Shown: in pieces, positions 38,653 through 49,764 of the stretch
Layout: every line of letters begins with the position of its first letter
Position numbering within the stretch: position 1 is the stretch's first letter
Assembly (NCBI GenBank): GCA_965218435.1
Contig: CBDCKW010000009.1
Span: 1,568,001 to 1,632,000, forward strand
Source of the DNA: Truepera sp.
GTDB lineage: Bacteria; Deinococcota; Deinococci; Deinococcales; Trueperaceae
DNA: 64,000 nucleotides
Direction of reading: 5' to 3'
The notes under the pieces: generated by a model
The model's input: only the letters and a program-made list of their open reading frames with translations
Database searches by the model: none
Told to the model about the DNA's origin: nothing
Program-made: the position numbers and the translations under genes

Positions 38653-39315
38653 TCAGTATAGGTAAGGAACAAGGTGCTTCGTTCGCCGCTGGTAATTTTG
38701 AAATTCGGGAGCATACTTTTTGCTCAAATAGGCGTCGAGCTTGGGAACGTTGTAAAACGAAAAAAAGCCGAATAACAAAGCAGGGATCAGGTATGCCCAG
38801 AACGTCGCGGTAATGACCGCGTAGCCCAGCACCCAGAGGATGTCACCGAAGTAGTTGATATGCACGGCGTAGCGAAACAACCCCCCGGTGTAGAGTTTGC
38901 CCCGGTTCTCCGGGCGCTGTTTCCAGACGTGACGCTGAAGTTCGGAAAGCGTATTGAGACTCGGGCCTCCCGCAAATAAAAGGACGCCAAGCAGTGTCAT
39001 CATGAATGTGGGAACGCTCGTCCAGGTCGTCAAATACGCAAAGCCGAGGTAGTAAAGCCCGAACGCGACCGGTACCGTAAGGGCCTCCTCCCAGGGGACG
39101 GTGCGCTTAAGGAGAAAACCGAGCGTTAGACAAAAGCGCAAGAAGGTCACGAGGCTAAAAGAGAGAATCAGGGTGTGCTGTCCGGCTTCGGCGGCCCCAA
39201 AAGAAGCCGCTTGACCGAACAGCACTAGGTAACTAACGGCAAGCAGGCACACCCCGACTCCCAGCATGATAAGTTTTTGGGGGTGGCTCGAGCTGTGGTC
39301 ACCGTAGAGGTTCAT
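38653..39315 (-). CDS. DUF1295 / steroid 5-alpha-reductase-like membrane protein
   Basis: GKLYTGGLFRYAVHINYFGD motif. Confidence 0.85.
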   Translation of the reverse strand: MNLYGDHSSSHPQKLIMLGVGVCLLAVSYLVLFGQAASFGAAEAGQHTLILSFSLVTFLRFCLTLGFLLKRTVPWEEALTVPVAFGLYYLGFAYLTTWTSVPTFMMTLLGVLLFAGGPSLNTLSELQRHVWKQRPENRGKLYTGGLFRYAVHINYFGDILWVLGYAVITATFWAYLIPALLFGFFSFYNVPKLDAYLSKKYAPEFQNYQRRTKHLVPYLY

Positions 39316-39338
39316 ATAGGCCGGGCTATCCTCTCATG

Positions 39339-40784
39339 CTAGTTCCAACGCTGCCTGGTCGGGCGCGACATATCGGGTTCGGCGGCGCTGTAACCGCGCT
39401 CTTCGCTTCTAGCCACCTGTTTACGGGCGTATAAGCCTTCTAAAATAAACTCGGCGGCAACGGCCACATCTTGTGGGTTACGGCTCCCGGAGAGCGTACG
39501 AGCCGCTCCGACTAACCCTGGTACTTTTTCAAAGACGCTCACCAGCTGCGCGGTCGGCACCGTGTCCGGTACTTTGAGGTTGTTGTCGGACTCGAAATAA
39601 TCGGTGATTTCGGCAGTTTCGGCGTTGACGGCGCGGCGGCTGTACACCTGCCCGATGGCGCGGCGTACGATGTCTTTGGCAACCGCTTCGCCCCCTTTAA
39701 GTTCACCTTCGTACTCGAGCTCGAGCTTGCCCGTCACCGCGCCGAGTGCCCCGTAAAGGTCGGTCACGCGGGCAATCGGTTGCTCTTCGCCGAGCACATA
39801 CGCGCGGCGTTCGGCGTTGCTGACGATGTTTTCTAACAAGCTGATGGGCAGGCGCTGCGACACCCCCGAGTGCTTGTCTACGCGGGAGTCGTCACGGGCG
39901 ACAAAGGCGACCTCTTCAGCGATTTCAGCGACAAAATCAGGGACATTGACCTCTTGCTCGCGGTTTGTCCACGCCTCTTGCGCCGTGATCGCCATGCCCT
40001 CTTCAACCGTAGCCGGATAGTGCGTCCGTACTTCGGAGCCCACACGGTCTTTCAGCGGCGTGATGATCTTGCCACGGGCCGTGTAATCCTCCGGGTTCGC
40101 CGAAAAGACGAGCATCACGTCTAAGGGTAGCCGAATCGGGTAGCCCTTAATCTGGACGTCGCCCTCTTGCATAATGTTAAACAGCGCGACCTGCACCTTA
40201 CCGGAGAGGTCAGGCAGTTCGTTCATGGCAAAGATGCCGCGGTTCGCTCTCGGCAAAAGCCCGTACAGGATACTCCGCTCGTCGCCTAACGGCACCCCGA
40301 GTTTGGCGGCTTTGATCGGGTCCACGTCGCCGATGATGTCGGCCACCGTCACGTCCGGCGTCGCTAGTTTTTCGATGTAACGGGCGTCTCTAGGCAGCCA
40401 CGCGATACGGGCGTCGTCACCTTGTTCGGCGACGATACGTTTGCCTTCACCACTGATAGGCGCAAACGGGTCGTCGTTGAGTTCGCTGTCGGCCAACACC
40501 GGGATTTCCGGGTCTAACAGGTCGGTCAGTTGCCGCAGAATACGCGTTTTCGCCTGACCGCGCAAACCCAGCAAGATAAAGTTGTGACGGCTTAAAACGG
40601 CGTTCACAACCTGCGGCGTGACGGTCGTTTCGTAGCCGACGATACCGGGAAATACCGGACGGTGTTCGCGGAGGCGGCAGATGAGGTTGTCGCGGAGTTC
40701 TTGTTTGACGCTGCGGCCTGCCCGGTTCGCCCAAGGGGTCGCGCGAAGTTCACCTAAAGTCGTTGCATTTGACGTTGTAGTCAT
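39339..40784 (-). CDS. Mg-chelatase-like AAA+ ATPase (partner of the VWA protein)
   Basis: [15 protein letters not shown] and [16 protein letters not shown] motifs. Confidence 0.9.
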   Translation of the reverse strand: MTTTSNATTLGELRATPWANRAGRSVKQELRDNLICRLREHRPVFPGIVGYETTVTPQVVNAVLSRHNFILLGLRGQAKTRILRQLTDLLDPEIPVLADSELNDDPFAPISGEGKRIVAEQGDDARIAWLPRDARYIEKLATPDVTVADIIGDVDPIKAAKLGVPLGDERSILYGLLPRANRGIFAMNELPDLSGKVQVALFNIMQEGDVQIKGYPIRLPLDVMLVFSANPEDYTARGKIITPLKDRVGSEVRTHYPATVEEGMAITAQEAWTNREQEVNVPDFVAEIAEEVAFVARDDSRVDKHSGVSQRLPISLLENIVSNAERRAYVLGEEQPIARVTDLYGALGAVTGKLELEYEGELKGGEAVAKDIVRRAIGQVYSRRAVNAETAEITDYFESDNNLKVPDTVPTAQLVSVFEKVPGLVGAARTLSGSRNPQDVAVAAEFILEGLYARKQVARSEERGYSAAEPDMSRPTRQRWN

Positions 40785-41004
40785 CTTTCTCCCAACTATC
40801 CTAATAGCTGTCCTAACTGTTACGAGTAAGGTAAATTTGTCGTGGCACTAAGGTCACCCTCTTATGGTAGCACTGCGCTCCCGGAGCCTTATGTATGGGG
40901 GAGCCGCAATTGGCTCCCAGCTCAATACGGTAGCTCGTCGGCATTTTAGCTTTTGGCAAGGCGGCGCTCCTTTTTGCGTTCACGCCGCCTGTATGCTGAG
41001 CCGT

Positions 41005-42258
41005 ATGATTGCAGAACTTTTGAGCGTAGGGACAGAACTTTTACTCGGCGAAATTGTTGATACCAACAGCGCCTTTTTAGCCGCTGACTTAGCGCGGCGC
41101 GGCGTGGACATCTTGTGGTCGCAGCGGGTGGGCGACAATTTGGGGCGCGTTGAAGCGGCGCTGGGGGCCGCCCTCAGCCGTAGCGATGTGGTGATCATGT
41201 GCGGCGGCCTCGGCCCGACGGATGATGACCTGACCCGTGAAGCTATCGCTGCAGTCGTTGGTGAGACGCCTGAAGTTGACGCTGAGCTGGAAAACGTCTT
41301 GCGTGAGCGGTTTTCAGCCTACGGGATGCGCAGCTTCCCCGAAAAAAACCTCAAACAAGCGTGGCTGATTCCTTCAGCTGAGGCGCTCCCCAACCCACTC
41401 GGCACTGCGCCGGGATGGTTTGTCCGCACCGAGCGGGACGGTCAGCCCAAATGGATGATTGCGCTGCCGGGGCCGCCACGTGAACTCAAACCGATGTGGT
41501 TAGACGAGGCTGTAAAGAGGCTCGAGCTGCCCCCCGCCGCCTTGTACAGCAAAACCTTTAAGACGCATAACATCGGCGAGTCAACGGTCGCTGAACGGCT
41601 CGGTCACCTAACCGACGGAGCTAACCCGAGCGTCGCCACCTACGCCAAACGCGACGGCGTACAGGTCCGCGTCGCCGCCAAAGCCGATACGCCGGGAGCG
41701 GCGAAAGCCAGAGCTGCCGAGGTTGAAGGCAAAGTACGCGACCTTATCCAAGATAAACTCTGGGGCGAAGACGACGACGAACTCGCGGCTGTCGTCCTTG
41801 AGCTACTCAAAAGTAGAAGTCAAACGCTTGCCACGATGGAGTCTTTGACCGGCGGACTGCTGGGCGACTTGCTCACGTCTGTACCGGGGGCGTCAGCGGC
41901 GTATGAAGGCGGCGTGGTAGCCTATAACGTACGGCAAAAGGCCGCATTTGGCGTGTCTGAACCGCTTTTGGAGGCGCGTGGGGGCGTCTCGAGCAGCGCG
42001 GCGTTAGCGATGGCTGAGGCCGCTGCCACACACCTTTCCAGCGATTACGGTCTGGCGACGACGGGGGTAGCTGGACCCGATACCGACGAAGGGAAACCCG
42101 TAGGTGAGCTTCACCTCGCGGTCTTTCGCCGCTCGGACGGGCGTACTTGGGCGAGGGATATGCAGCTCCCGCCCTTAGAGCGCAACTGGGTTCGTGAACG
42201 CGCAGCTTTTGCGGCGCTCTCGCTGCTCTGGACTGCGCTGACCGAACCGCAAGACTAA
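41005..42258 (+). CDS. cinA: CinA family NMN deamidase-related protein
   Basis: [24 protein letters not shown] and ESLTGG motifs; leaderless TATGCT-N7-ATG. Confidence 0.93.
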   Translation: MIAELLSVGTELLLGEIVDTNSAFLAADLARRGVDILWSQRVGDNLGRVEAALGAALSRSDVVIMCGGLGPTDDDLTREAIAAVVGETPEVDAELENVLRERFSAYGMRSFPEKNLKQAWLIPSAEALPNPLGTAPGWFVRTERDGQPKWMIALPGPPRELKPMWLDEAVKRLELPPAALYSKTFKTHNIGESTVAERLGHLTDGANPSVATYAKRDGVQVRVAAKADTPGAAKARAAEVEGKVRDLIQDKLWGEDDDELAAVVLELLKSRSQTLATMESLTGGLLGDLLTSVPGASAAYEGGVVAYNVRQKAAFGVSEPLLEARGGVSSSAALAMAEAAATHLSSDYGLATTGVAGPDTDEGKPVGELHLAVFRRSDGRTWARDMQLPPLERNWVRERAAFAALSLLWTALTEPQD

Positions 42259-42278
42259 TAACTTATCAAGGAGAAACT

Positions 42279-43331
42279 ATGGCGTTAGAACCGCAAAAAG
42301 ACAGCCAGAGACAGAAGAGCCTAGAGACGACCCTCACACAGATCGAGAAACAGTTCGGCAAAGGGGCGATCATGCGCCTCGGCGACGACCGCACCATGTT
42401 AAGCCAAGGCGTCATCTCGACCGGCTCGATGTCGGTTGACTTAGCCTTAGGCGTCGGGGGCGTCCCCCGTGGCCGCATCATCGAAGTCTATGGTCCCGAG
42501 TCCGGCGGCAAGACCACCTTAAGCTTACATATTATCGCCGAAGCGCAAAAAGCCGGGGGCGTGGCCGCGTTTGTCGACGCGGAACACGCCTTAGACCCCG
42601 GCTACGCCAAAGCCTTAGGCGTCGATACCGACGAGCTGTTAGTTTCCCAACCCGACACCGGCGAGCAAGCCTTAGAGATTACCGAACTGCTGGTAAGAAG
42701 TGGGGCGGTAGACGTTATCGTGGTTGACTCCGTAGCGGCGCTTGTCCCCAGGGCGGAGATCGAAGGCGAAATGGGCGACACCCACGTCGGCTTACAAGCC
42801 CGCTTGATGAGTCAAGCGTTGCGGAAGCTGACCGGGGTGTTATCCAAAAGTCACACCACGGCGATCTTTATCAACCAGATTCGGGAAAAGATCGGGGTGA
42901 TGTACGGCAACCCCGAAACGACCCCCGGAGGACGCGCGTTAAAGTTCTATTCGTCCGTGCGGATGGAAGTGCGGCGTAAAGGGGACGTCAAATCAGGGAC
43001 TGACAAAGTGGGCAACCAAACGCGGATCAAAGTCACCAAGAACAAAGTCGCCCCGCCGTTTAAGGAAGCGGAAGTCGAGATCATGTTTGGCCGGGGGATT
43101 GACAAAGTGGGCGACCTGATCAACATTGCTTCGGACCTAGACATCATCCAGAAGTCGGGCTCGTTTTATAAGTATGACGGCGTGACCATCGGCCAGGGTA
43201 AAGAAAAAGCCTCGGCTTACCTCTTAGACCAACCCGGACTTATTGAGCAGATTAGGGAGAGGGTCGTAGGGGTCGTCAGTGGTAAGGGGGCCGAAGAAGA
43301 AACGATAGCGGCTGAAAGTGATCTCGGATGA
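42279..43331 (+). CDS. recA: recombinase RecA
   Basis: [16 protein letters not shown] and GGRALKFY motifs. Confidence 0.99.
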   Translation: MALEPQKDSQRQKSLETTLTQIEKQFGKGAIMRLGDDRTMLSQGVISTGSMSVDLALGVGGVPRGRIIEVYGPESGGKTTLSLHIIAEAQKAGGVAAFVDAEHALDPGYAKALGVDTDELLVSQPDTGEQALEITELLVRSGAVDVIVVDSVAALVPRAEIEGEMGDTHVGLQARLMSQALRKLTGVLSKSHTTAIFINQIREKIGVMYGNPETTPGGRALKFYSSVRMEVRRKGDVKSGTDKVGNQTRIKVTKNKVAPPFKEAEVEIMFGRGIDKVGDLINIASDLDIIQKSGSFYKYDGVTIGQGKEKASAYLLDQPGLIEQIRERVVGVVSGKGAEEETIAAESDLG

Positions 43332-44998
43332 GCCCTTTCGTAGGTGTATTGCTCCTCGTTTTGGGGCTGCTCATCGGTGTGGCCGCCGGGTTTTTGTTTC
43401 GGCAACGCCGCGACACAGAACTCTTGGTACGGGCACAAGCGGAAGCCGACGCGTTCCGGCGCAGCGCCCAAGACGAGGCGCAGCGCACGCTAGACGGAGC
43501 GCAGCGGCAGCGCGACGAACTGTTACAGGGGGCACAGGCGCGGCTCGAGGATGACGCCGCCCGTGCTCACCGCGCCTTACAAGCCGACCTGACCCGTGAG
43601 CGGCAAGCGGCTGAGCTCGAGTTGACCCGCGTTCATAACGAAGCCGAACGTGAAGGCGACCGTATCCGCGAAGCCCGTGACGAACTCCGCCGTGACCGTG
43701 AACGCTTAGACGCCACCGAGGAGCGCCTGACCCGGCGCGGCGAACAGCAAGATGCCCGCGCCCTCAAGCTCGACGACGCCGAAACCCGCCTCGACGAACG
43801 GGCGGACGCACTCAAGGAGCGCGAGGGTGAAGTAGAGCAGCTACGCGGCGAAATCGAAACCCGGCTGTTTGAGATCGCTCAGCTGACCCGTGAGGGGGCG
43901 ACCGAGATGATCTTGAGTCAGTTAGGCAACGAGTTAGAGCGCGAAAAAGCGGTACGGATTCGGGCTGAGCTCGAGAAAGCCGACGCCGAAGCCAAACGCA
44001 AAAGCACCAACATCATCGCGCAGGCCATCCAGCGGAGTGCCAGCGAGGTTTCAGCCGCGATCAGCGTGTCCGTCGTGCCGATCCCCAGCGACGCCATGAA
44101 GGGCCGCATCATCGGCCGTGAAGGGCGCAACATCCGAGCGTTTGAGTCGCTGACCGGCGTTGACCTGATTATTGACGACACGCCCGAAGCCGTTTTGCTC
44201 AGTTCGTTTAATCCGATTCGCCGTGAAGTCGCCAAACTCGCCTTGACCGAACTCGTCACCGACGGCCGGATTCACCCGGCCCGGATCGAAGAAACCGTGC
44301 ATAAAGCGCAGAGCGACATGCAAGCCTACATCCGTGAGCGCGGCGACGAGGCGGCGCTAGAAGCCAACGTCGTCGGGCTGAAACCGGGAATGCTGCAACT
44401 CTTGGGCCGGATGCATTTTCGCACCTCGTACGGGCAAAACGTGCTCAAGCACTCCGTTCAGGTCGCGCATCTGACCGGGATTATCGCGGCTGAAATCGGT
44501 TTGGATGAGGCCCTGGCTCGCCGCGCCGGACTGCTGCACGACATCGGCAAATCCATTGATCGTGAGATCGAAGGGACGCACACCGAAATCGGCGCGAACT
44601 TAGCGCGGCGCTTTGGGGAACCTAAAGAGGTCGTAGACGCAGCGGCGCATCACCACGAATTAGAACTCGCTGAAACGCTCTACCCGGTCATCGTCTCAGC
44701 CGCCGACGCCATCAGCGCCGCAAGGCCGGGGGCGCGGCGCGAAAGCTTGGAGAGCTACCTAAAACGGCTCGAGGGCCTAGAAACCATCGCTACGAGCTTT
44801 CCGGGCGTTGAAAAGTCGTACGCGATTCAAGCAGGCCGCGAAATCCGCATCATCGTCGAACCGGAAAAAGTTGATGACGCCTCGGCCGTGTTGTTAGCCC
44901 GCGACGTCGCCAACCGTATCGAGCAAGATATGGAGTATCCGGGACAGGTGCAGGTGACGGTCGTCCGGGAGTCGCGTGCGGTGCAGTACGCGAGGTAA
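43328..44998 (+). CDS. rny: ribonuclease Y
   Basis: N-terminal TM, coiled coil, KH motif [13 protein letters not shown] motif LLHDIGK. Confidence 0.97.
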   Translation: MSPFVGVLLLVLGLLIGVAAGFLFRQRRDTELLVRAQAEADAFRRSAQDEAQRTLDGAQRQRDELLQGAQARLEDDAARAHRALQADLTRERQAAELELTRVHNEAEREGDRIREARDELRRDRERLDATEERLTRRGEQQDARALKLDDAETRLDERADALKEREGEVEQLRGEIETRLFEIAQLTREGATEMILSQLGNELEREKAVRIRAELEKADAEAKRKSTNIIAQAIQRSASEVSAAISVSVVPIPSDAMKGRIIGREGRNIRAFESLTGVDLIIDDTPEAVLLSSFNPIRREVAKLALTELVTDGRIHPARIEETVHKAQSDMQAYIRERGDEAALEANVVGLKPGMLQLLGRMHFRTSYGQNVLKHSVQVAHLTGIIAAEIGLDEALARRAGLLHDIGKSIDREIEGTHTEIGANLARRFGEPKEVVDAAAHHHELELAETLYPVIVSAADAISAARPGARRESLESYLKRLEGLETIATSFPGVEKSYAIQAGREIRIIVEPEKVDDASAVLLARDVANRIEQDMEYPGQVQVTVVRESRAVQYAR

Positions 44999-45018
44999 GC
45001 AGTAAAAAACTTTCTGAG

Positions 45019-45051
45019 CAGCGTCCGTCCGACAGCGGACGCTGTCTCTTT
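45019..45051 (+). terminator. hairpin/terminator after rny
   Basis: CAGCGTCCG-N8-CGGACGCTG followed by TCTCTTT. Confidence 0.55.
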
Positions 45052-45062
45052 GGAATGAGACT

Positions 45063-45821
45063 ATGCCTACAGCAGCGCAAACTTTTGCCGCACTACTTGA
45101 CCAACTCCGTGCTGACCAAGCTGTCCTTGGTGCGTTTTTAAGCGGTTCGCGTGGCAAAGCGTTTCATACAGTTTCAGCGGATTACGACGTTTACGTTGTG
45201 GTTCAAGACGCCGCCGAGCGTTCCAAATTACGCTATCCCTTTCGTTACAGCGCGGCGATAGACTGCATCGTCGTCAGCTTGACGGAGTTTCGTGACTACG
45301 CCGAGTGGGGCTCGAGCGGTCACTGGGACCGCTATTCATTTGCGCATGTCAACGTTCTATTTGACCGCACCGACGGGACCATTCAAAAACTCGTCGAGCA
45401 AAAAGGGAAAATCCCAACCGAACATCGGACTCCTGTCCTTCGCAGTTCATTAGACGCTTACCTGAATGCGGTGTACCGCTCGTTCAAATGCCTTAAACGA
45501 GGAGACACCCTTGGTGCAAAGCTCGAGGCTGCAACCAGCGTCCCTTTTTTGCTTACGTTCTTGTTCGCCCTAGAGAGCAGACACGCGCCCTTTGCCGGAT
45601 ATTTAGCGCGGGAGCTAAATGCGTATCCTCTGACGCGACTTCCTTTGTCGGTCGCTGCGCTGCTAAGTTCTATTGACGACGCACTTAAAGCTGACGTCAG
45701 GGCGCAGCAAACTCTTTTAGGCCACGTTGATAAACTCGGGCACGACGAGGGCTTAGACGACGTTTTTAGAGGTTGGGACGACGCTTATCCGTGGATGCTT
45801 AACTTTTCGCTCCTGCGCTAA
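45063..45821 (+). CDS. nucleotidyltransferase (Pol-beta superfamily) domain protein
   Basis: LSGSRGK....ADYDVYVV motif plus a helical C-terminal domain. Confidence 0.75.
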   Translation: MPTAAQTFAALLDQLRADQAVLGAFLSGSRGKAFHTVSADYDVYVVVQDAAERSKLRYPFRYSAAIDCIVVSLTEFRDYAEWGSSGHWDRYSFAHVNVLFDRTDGTIQKLVEQKGKIPTEHRTPVLRSSLDAYLNAVYRSFKCLKRGDTLGAKLEAATSVPFLLTFLFALESRHAPFAGYLARELNAYPLTRLPLSVAALLSSIDDALKADVRAQQTLLGHVDKLGHDEGLDDVFRGWDDAYPWMLNFSLLR

Positions 45822-45871
45822 AGCTAGGATTGATGAGGTAAGGCTCGAGTTGGCCTATGATGCACGGCTCG

Positions 45872-45901
45872 TTGCCCCGACGTCGGCTTTTTGTGTATAC
45901 T
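45872..45901 (+). promoter_or_regulatory. sigma70-type promoter of prs-rplY-pth
   Basis: TTGCCC-N18-TATACT. Confidence 0.5.
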
Positions 45902-46010
45902 CCCCTTTGGCACGCTGCTTGCTGTAACCGGCTGGTAGGAACTTTGAGACGCCTGTGAGGTCAGCTTTGATTTACCCCCGAAACCTAACTACGTCAGCTG
46001 GACCCAGCTG

Positions 46011-46952
46011 GTGATCGGCGACGAAGTACGCATTTTTTGCGGGAGCGCGACCCCTGACCTGGCCGCGTCGGTTGCTCAGCATTTGGGCAGCGAGTTGTCT
46101 CAAGGCTGGGCGACGAGCTTTCCCGACGGCGAAACGCGCGTGTTGATCGAAGAGTCGGTCCGCGGCGCAGACTGCTATATCGTGCAGTCAACGTGTTCCC
46201 CGGTCAACCACAACCTGATGGAACTGCTCGTTTTTGTTGACGCGCTCCGGCGCGCGTCGGCGTGGCGTATCAACGCGGTCATTCCATATTTTGGCTACGC
46301 CCGGCAGGACAAAAAGGTGCAGCCCCGCGAACCGATTACGGGTAAGTTGGTGGCAAACTTGCTCGAGAAAGCCGGGGTTGACCGGGTGATCGCCGTTGAC
46401 CTCCACGCCGGTCAGGTCCAAGGTTTTTTCGACGTGCCGGTAGACCACCTGACTGCGCTCGGGATTTTAGGCGAGCATTTAGAAAAACAAGACCTCAAAG
46501 ATACGGTGGTCGTCTCACCCGATGTGGGCCGCGCGACCGAAGCTCGGCGGCTGGCAAATCATCTGGGGCTGCCCATTGCGATTCTGTACAAGCGCCGCAA
46601 CAGCCCCACCGAAACGAGCCTGACGCACGTCATTGGCGACGTCGAGGGGATGCGTCCGATTATCGCCGACGATATGATCTCAACCGCCGGAACGATCAAG
46701 ATGGGCGTCGAGGCGCTGTTAGAACTCGGCGCTAGGCCCGACGTACGGGTCGTCGCCACCCACCCCGTTTTTACCCCGCCCGCCCTAGAACGCCTCGCCC
46801 ACCCCGCTATCAGTGAAGTATTTGTAACCGACACGGTGCCGTATCACGGTGACCTCGCCAAGATCAAAGTTTTATCCGTCGCCGGACTGATTGCCAGCGC
46901 CATCAAAAATGTTCACGACAACACTTCGGTCAGTTCCCTGTTTCCTGTTTAA
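46011..46952 (+). CDS. prs: ribose-phosphate pyrophosphokinase
   Basis: FPDGE, PYFGYARQD, DLHAGQ, SPDVG and DDMISTAGT motifs. Confidence 0.97.
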   Translation: MIGDEVRIFCGSATPDLAASVAQHLGSELSQGWATSFPDGETRVLIEESVRGADCYIVQSTCSPVNHNLMELLVFVDALRRASAWRINAVIPYFGYARQDKKVQPREPITGKLVANLLEKAGVDRVIAVDLHAGQVQGFFDVPVDHLTALGILGEHLEKQDLKDTVVVSPDVGRATEARRLANHLGLPIAILYKRRNSPTETSLTHVIGDVEGMRPIIADDMISTAGTIKMGVEALLELGARPDVRVVATHPVFTPPALERLAHPAISEVFVTDTVPYHGDLAKIKVLSVAGLIASAIKNVHDNTSVSSLFPV

Positions 46953-46975
46953 CCCCAGCTCAGTAGGAGAAGATT

Positions 46976-47617
46976 ATGAGAGTATCCGCCCAGAAACGCA
47001 CCCCCGGCAACGCCCCCGAACTGATTAAGTCGGGCCGTTTGCCCGGTGTGGTCTACAATAAAGAGACCAATATCCCGGTCAGCCTCGAGCTGCGCGAGTT
47101 CGACAAAGCGTTTCGCAGCCAAGGCACCTCGAACGTCATCAATCTAGACATTGACGGCGAAGAACATGACGTGTTGGTACGCGCCGTGCAGATGGACAAA
47201 CGCCGCCGGCAACCCATTCACATTGATTTTTTTGCCATAACCGCCAACCAACCCGTCGAGGTGGCGGTGCCGCTCGAGTTCGTCGGCGAGGCTGCAGGTG
47301 CCAAAGAGGGCGGTCAGACCGACGTCCAGCGCCGTGAAATCCGGATTCGTGTCTTGCCGCGGTTTATCCCGTCGCAGCACCTCGAGGTTGACGTCAGCGA
47401 GTTAGCTATCGGCGACTCGCTTCACCTGAGCGACGTCATCGGTCAGCTTCCCTCACAAGCCGAAGTTTTAGACGACCCCGAAGAGACCGTGATCGCCATC
47501 TTGCCGCCGCGCGTTGAAGAGCCCGAGGAGCCGGTCGAAGCCGAAGCCGCCGAACCTGAAGTTATCGGTGAAGACGGTGAAGGTAACGGTAGCGACGAGG
47601 CAGAAGACGCCGAGTAG
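46976..47617 (+). CDS. rplY: 50S ribosomal protein L25/Ctc
   Basis: GRLPGVVY and HIDF motifs, acidic tail; prs-rplY-pth synteny. Confidence 0.95.
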   Translation: MRVSAQKRTPGNAPELIKSGRLPGVVYNKETNIPVSLELREFDKAFRSQGTSNVINLDIDGEEHDVLVRAVQMDKRRRQPIHIDFFAITANQPVEVAVPLEFVGEAAGAKEGGQTDVQRREIRIRVLPRFIPSQHLEVDVSELAIGDSLHLSDVIGQLPSQAEVLDDPEETVIAILPPRVEEPEEPVEAEAAEPEVIGEDGEGNGSDEAEDAE

Positions 47618-48188
47618 TACCGCGCCTATCAAGCTTGTCGTCGGGCTCGGCAATCCCGGCCCGCAGTATCAGAGAACCCGGCACAACGCCGGGTTTCTCG
47701 TGCTCGACGAACTCGCACGGCGTTACGCTTTGACTTTTCGCAAAAGCAAACAAGCCGAAGAAGCCAAATGGGAAGGCGTTACACTCCTAAAACCGTTAAG
47801 CTTTATGAACGCTTCGGGCACAGCAGTGCAGGCTGCTCTGACTCGGCTGCGCTTCTCCCCCACCGAACTACTTATCGTTCACGACGACCTCGACCTGCCT
47901 TTTGGTCGGTTACGGCTGCGCAGTGGTGGCAGCGCGGGCGGACAACGCGGCGTCGCCGATACCATTCGCCGGATTGGGCCGGAGTTTACCCGGCTCAAGG
48001 TAGGTATCTCGAGGCCACCCGAAAACTGGAAAGTAGAGAACTGGGTGCTCAGCCGGTTTGGAGAAACCGAACAGCCCTTACTCAACAAGGTGACTACGGC
48101 GGCAGTTGACGCGGTTGAATTGCTGCTTAAAGCGGGGCCGGAGGCGGTGATGCAGCGTTACAACGGGGTAGATTTACGTGAGGGATAG
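47577..48188 (+). CDS. pth: peptidyl-tRNA hydrolase (start uncertain)
   Basis: VGLGNPG, TRHNAGF, KPLSFMN and HDDLD motifs. Confidence 0.93.
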   Translation: MKVTVATRQKTPSSTAPIKLVVGLGNPGPQYQRTRHNAGFLVLDELARRYALTFRKSKQAEEAKWEGVTLLKPLSFMNASGTAVQAALTRLRFSPTELLIVHDDLDLPFGRLRLRSGGSAGGQRGVADTIRRIGPEFTRLKVGISRPPENWKVENWVLSRFGETEQPLLNKVTTAAVDAVELLLKAGPEAVMQRYNGVDLREG

Positions 48189-48321
48189 CTCGAGCCAAAG
48201 CACGGTCTTTTATCACTTCCCGAGGGACTTAGCGTCAAGTTTTGTTTGCCCGGTCAACGCCGCTACGCGTTTATTACGTCTGCGCGATAGGGATAGGGCA
48301 AGGGGGTCGTTTAGGGGTCAT

Positions 48322-49482
48322 TCAGGTACCACACGACCCCCGCACCACCAGCCGCGTCGGTAACAGCCGCCGCTGTGGTGGTGAGGCGTCGCCCCCAATC
48401 CGGCTGAGCAAAAGCCGCGCCGCCTGCAACCCGATTTCTCGGCTGGGTTGGGCGACGGTGGTTAAAGAGAGGGCTTCGGCCAGCGGAATGTTATCGAAGC
48501 CGACCACGGCTAAATCTTGCGGGACGCGCACCCCGGCTCCAGCTGCTGCGTCCAGCAGTTTTGCCGCCGTCGCGTCATTAGCGCAGACAGCGGCGCGGGG
48601 CCGCAACCCCTCAGCTGGCAACCTATCAGCTGGTAAACTTGAGCGCCTGACCTCGGGTCTGACAAACTCGGCGTAGTCTGCTGCACTTCTGACGGTGACG
48701 AGCCAGGTCGGGTCAAACGTAAGGCCATGCGCCTGCAACGCGTTTCGGTAACCCTCAAAGCGTTCACGAACCGTCGAGGGAGCCTCGGCGAGCTCGGCGT
48801 TGTGACAGACAAACGCAACGGACGTGTAGCCGAGCCCCAGCAGGTGTGCGGTTGCGCCAAAACTCGCCGCTACGTTGTCTACGCCGACAAAATCGCCGGG
48901 GACCTCGGCGTGGGCTTGGTCGAGGTAAACAAACGGGTAGCGGGCGGTGACCAGCTCGCTAAAAAGCGAGGCGTCGTCGTGCGGCAAGATCAAGACGCCG
49001 CCGAAACCGGCCCGTTTCATCCGCGTCACTTCAGCGTGCTCGAGCGCACTGCTGTGGTGCGAATAACCAAAGGCCGCGTGCGCCCCGGCGTCGCGGCAGG
49101 CCGCCTGGACACCTTTCATAATGTCCAAACAAAAGGCGTCGCGGGTTTCAGGAAACACCACCCCGATAATCTGACCTGACGGTTTTGGCTGTTTTGTAGA
49201 AGCCTGTACCGGCGCGTCTAAAGTTACGACCGTCCCATTTTTGGTTTCACGCCGGACGAGTCCTGCGTCGCTCAGGCCGCGCAGGGCTTGCCGCACCGTG
49301 CCTCGGCTGACCCCGTGCTGCGCCATCAGCGCCATCTCGGTCGGGAGACGTTCGCCGGTCGTCAGCGTCCCCTGTTCGATCAGCGCCCGGTAGTGCTCGA
49401 GCAGCTGCTGGTGCAGGGGCCGTTTATCGTTACGGTCGAGCTCGAGTTCAGGGCTGACGAGGGTTGGCTCAGACACACGCAT
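48322..49482 (-). CDS. GntR-HTH/LacI-effector transcriptional regulator (AraR-like)
   Basis: LPTE...VSRGTVRQAL HTH; C-terminal CANDATA and VPQDLAVVGFDN. Confidence 0.92.
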   Translation of the reverse strand: MRVSEPTLVSPELELDRNDKRPLHQQLLEHYRALIEQGTLTTGERLPTEMALMAQHGVSRGTVRQALRGLSDAGLVRRETKNGTVVTLDAPVQASTKQPKPSGQIIGVVFPETRDAFCLDIMKGVQAACRDAGAHAAFGYSHHSSALEHAEVTRMKRAGFGGVLILPHDDASLFSELVTARYPFVYLDQAHAEVPGDFVGVDNVAASFGATAHLLGLGYTSVAFVCHNAELAEAPSTVRERFEGYRNALQAHGLTFDPTWLVTVRSAADYAEFVRPEVRRSSLPADRLPAEGLRPRAAVCANDATAAKLLDAAAGAGVRVPQDLAVVGFDNIPLAEALSLTTVAQPSREIGLQAARLLLSRIGGDASPPQRRLLPTRLVVRGSCGT

Positions 49483-49561
49483 ACACTCCTAAGCTTACGA
49501 CGTGAGGGCTGCTGAGTGCGTTCAAAAGCTTGTTTAAGCAACTCGCTTCGAAACCGACTAC

Positions 49562-49606
49562 TTGACAAACGCCCATAGCTAACGCTAAGGTTTTGTCTAT
49601 ACAAAT
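49562..49606 (+). promoter_or_regulatory. promoter with AraR/GntR-type operator
   Basis: TTGACA-N18-TAAGGT directly followed by the palindrome TTTGT-CTAT-ACAAA (49592-49605). Confidence 0.7.
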
Positions 49607-49764
49607 AGCAAGAGGTTGCCCGGTCGGGGTAGCGGGGTAGTGAGGTAGGGTTTTAGGCACCTGTAGCTACCTACACGCGCCGCACCGGGCGATTAGACGC
49701 AGGAAGGAGTTGTTGTCCGGTTACGTCTTGTGGGCGGTTTTTTAGTCTCTTATGGGAGGTTTAG

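Noticed and set aside
39339..40784. Chlorophyll or cobalamin chelatase
   Set aside because: No H subunit or tetrapyrrole genes; it fits a generic AAA+/VWA chaperone-like pair.
40864..41004. N-terminal extension of CinA and an RDRM radiation-response motif
   Set aside because: CinA homology starts at MIAELL (41005). The TATG-N6-CGTA sequence has the wrong spacing for the 17-bp RDRM.
45902..46010. tRNA-Gln upstream of prs
   Set aside because: No T-loop GTTCRA or cloverleaf is recognisable.
49625..49652. G-quadruplex in the sugar-operon leader
   Set aside because: Only three GGGG runs plus a GG; weak evidence in a GC-rich genome.
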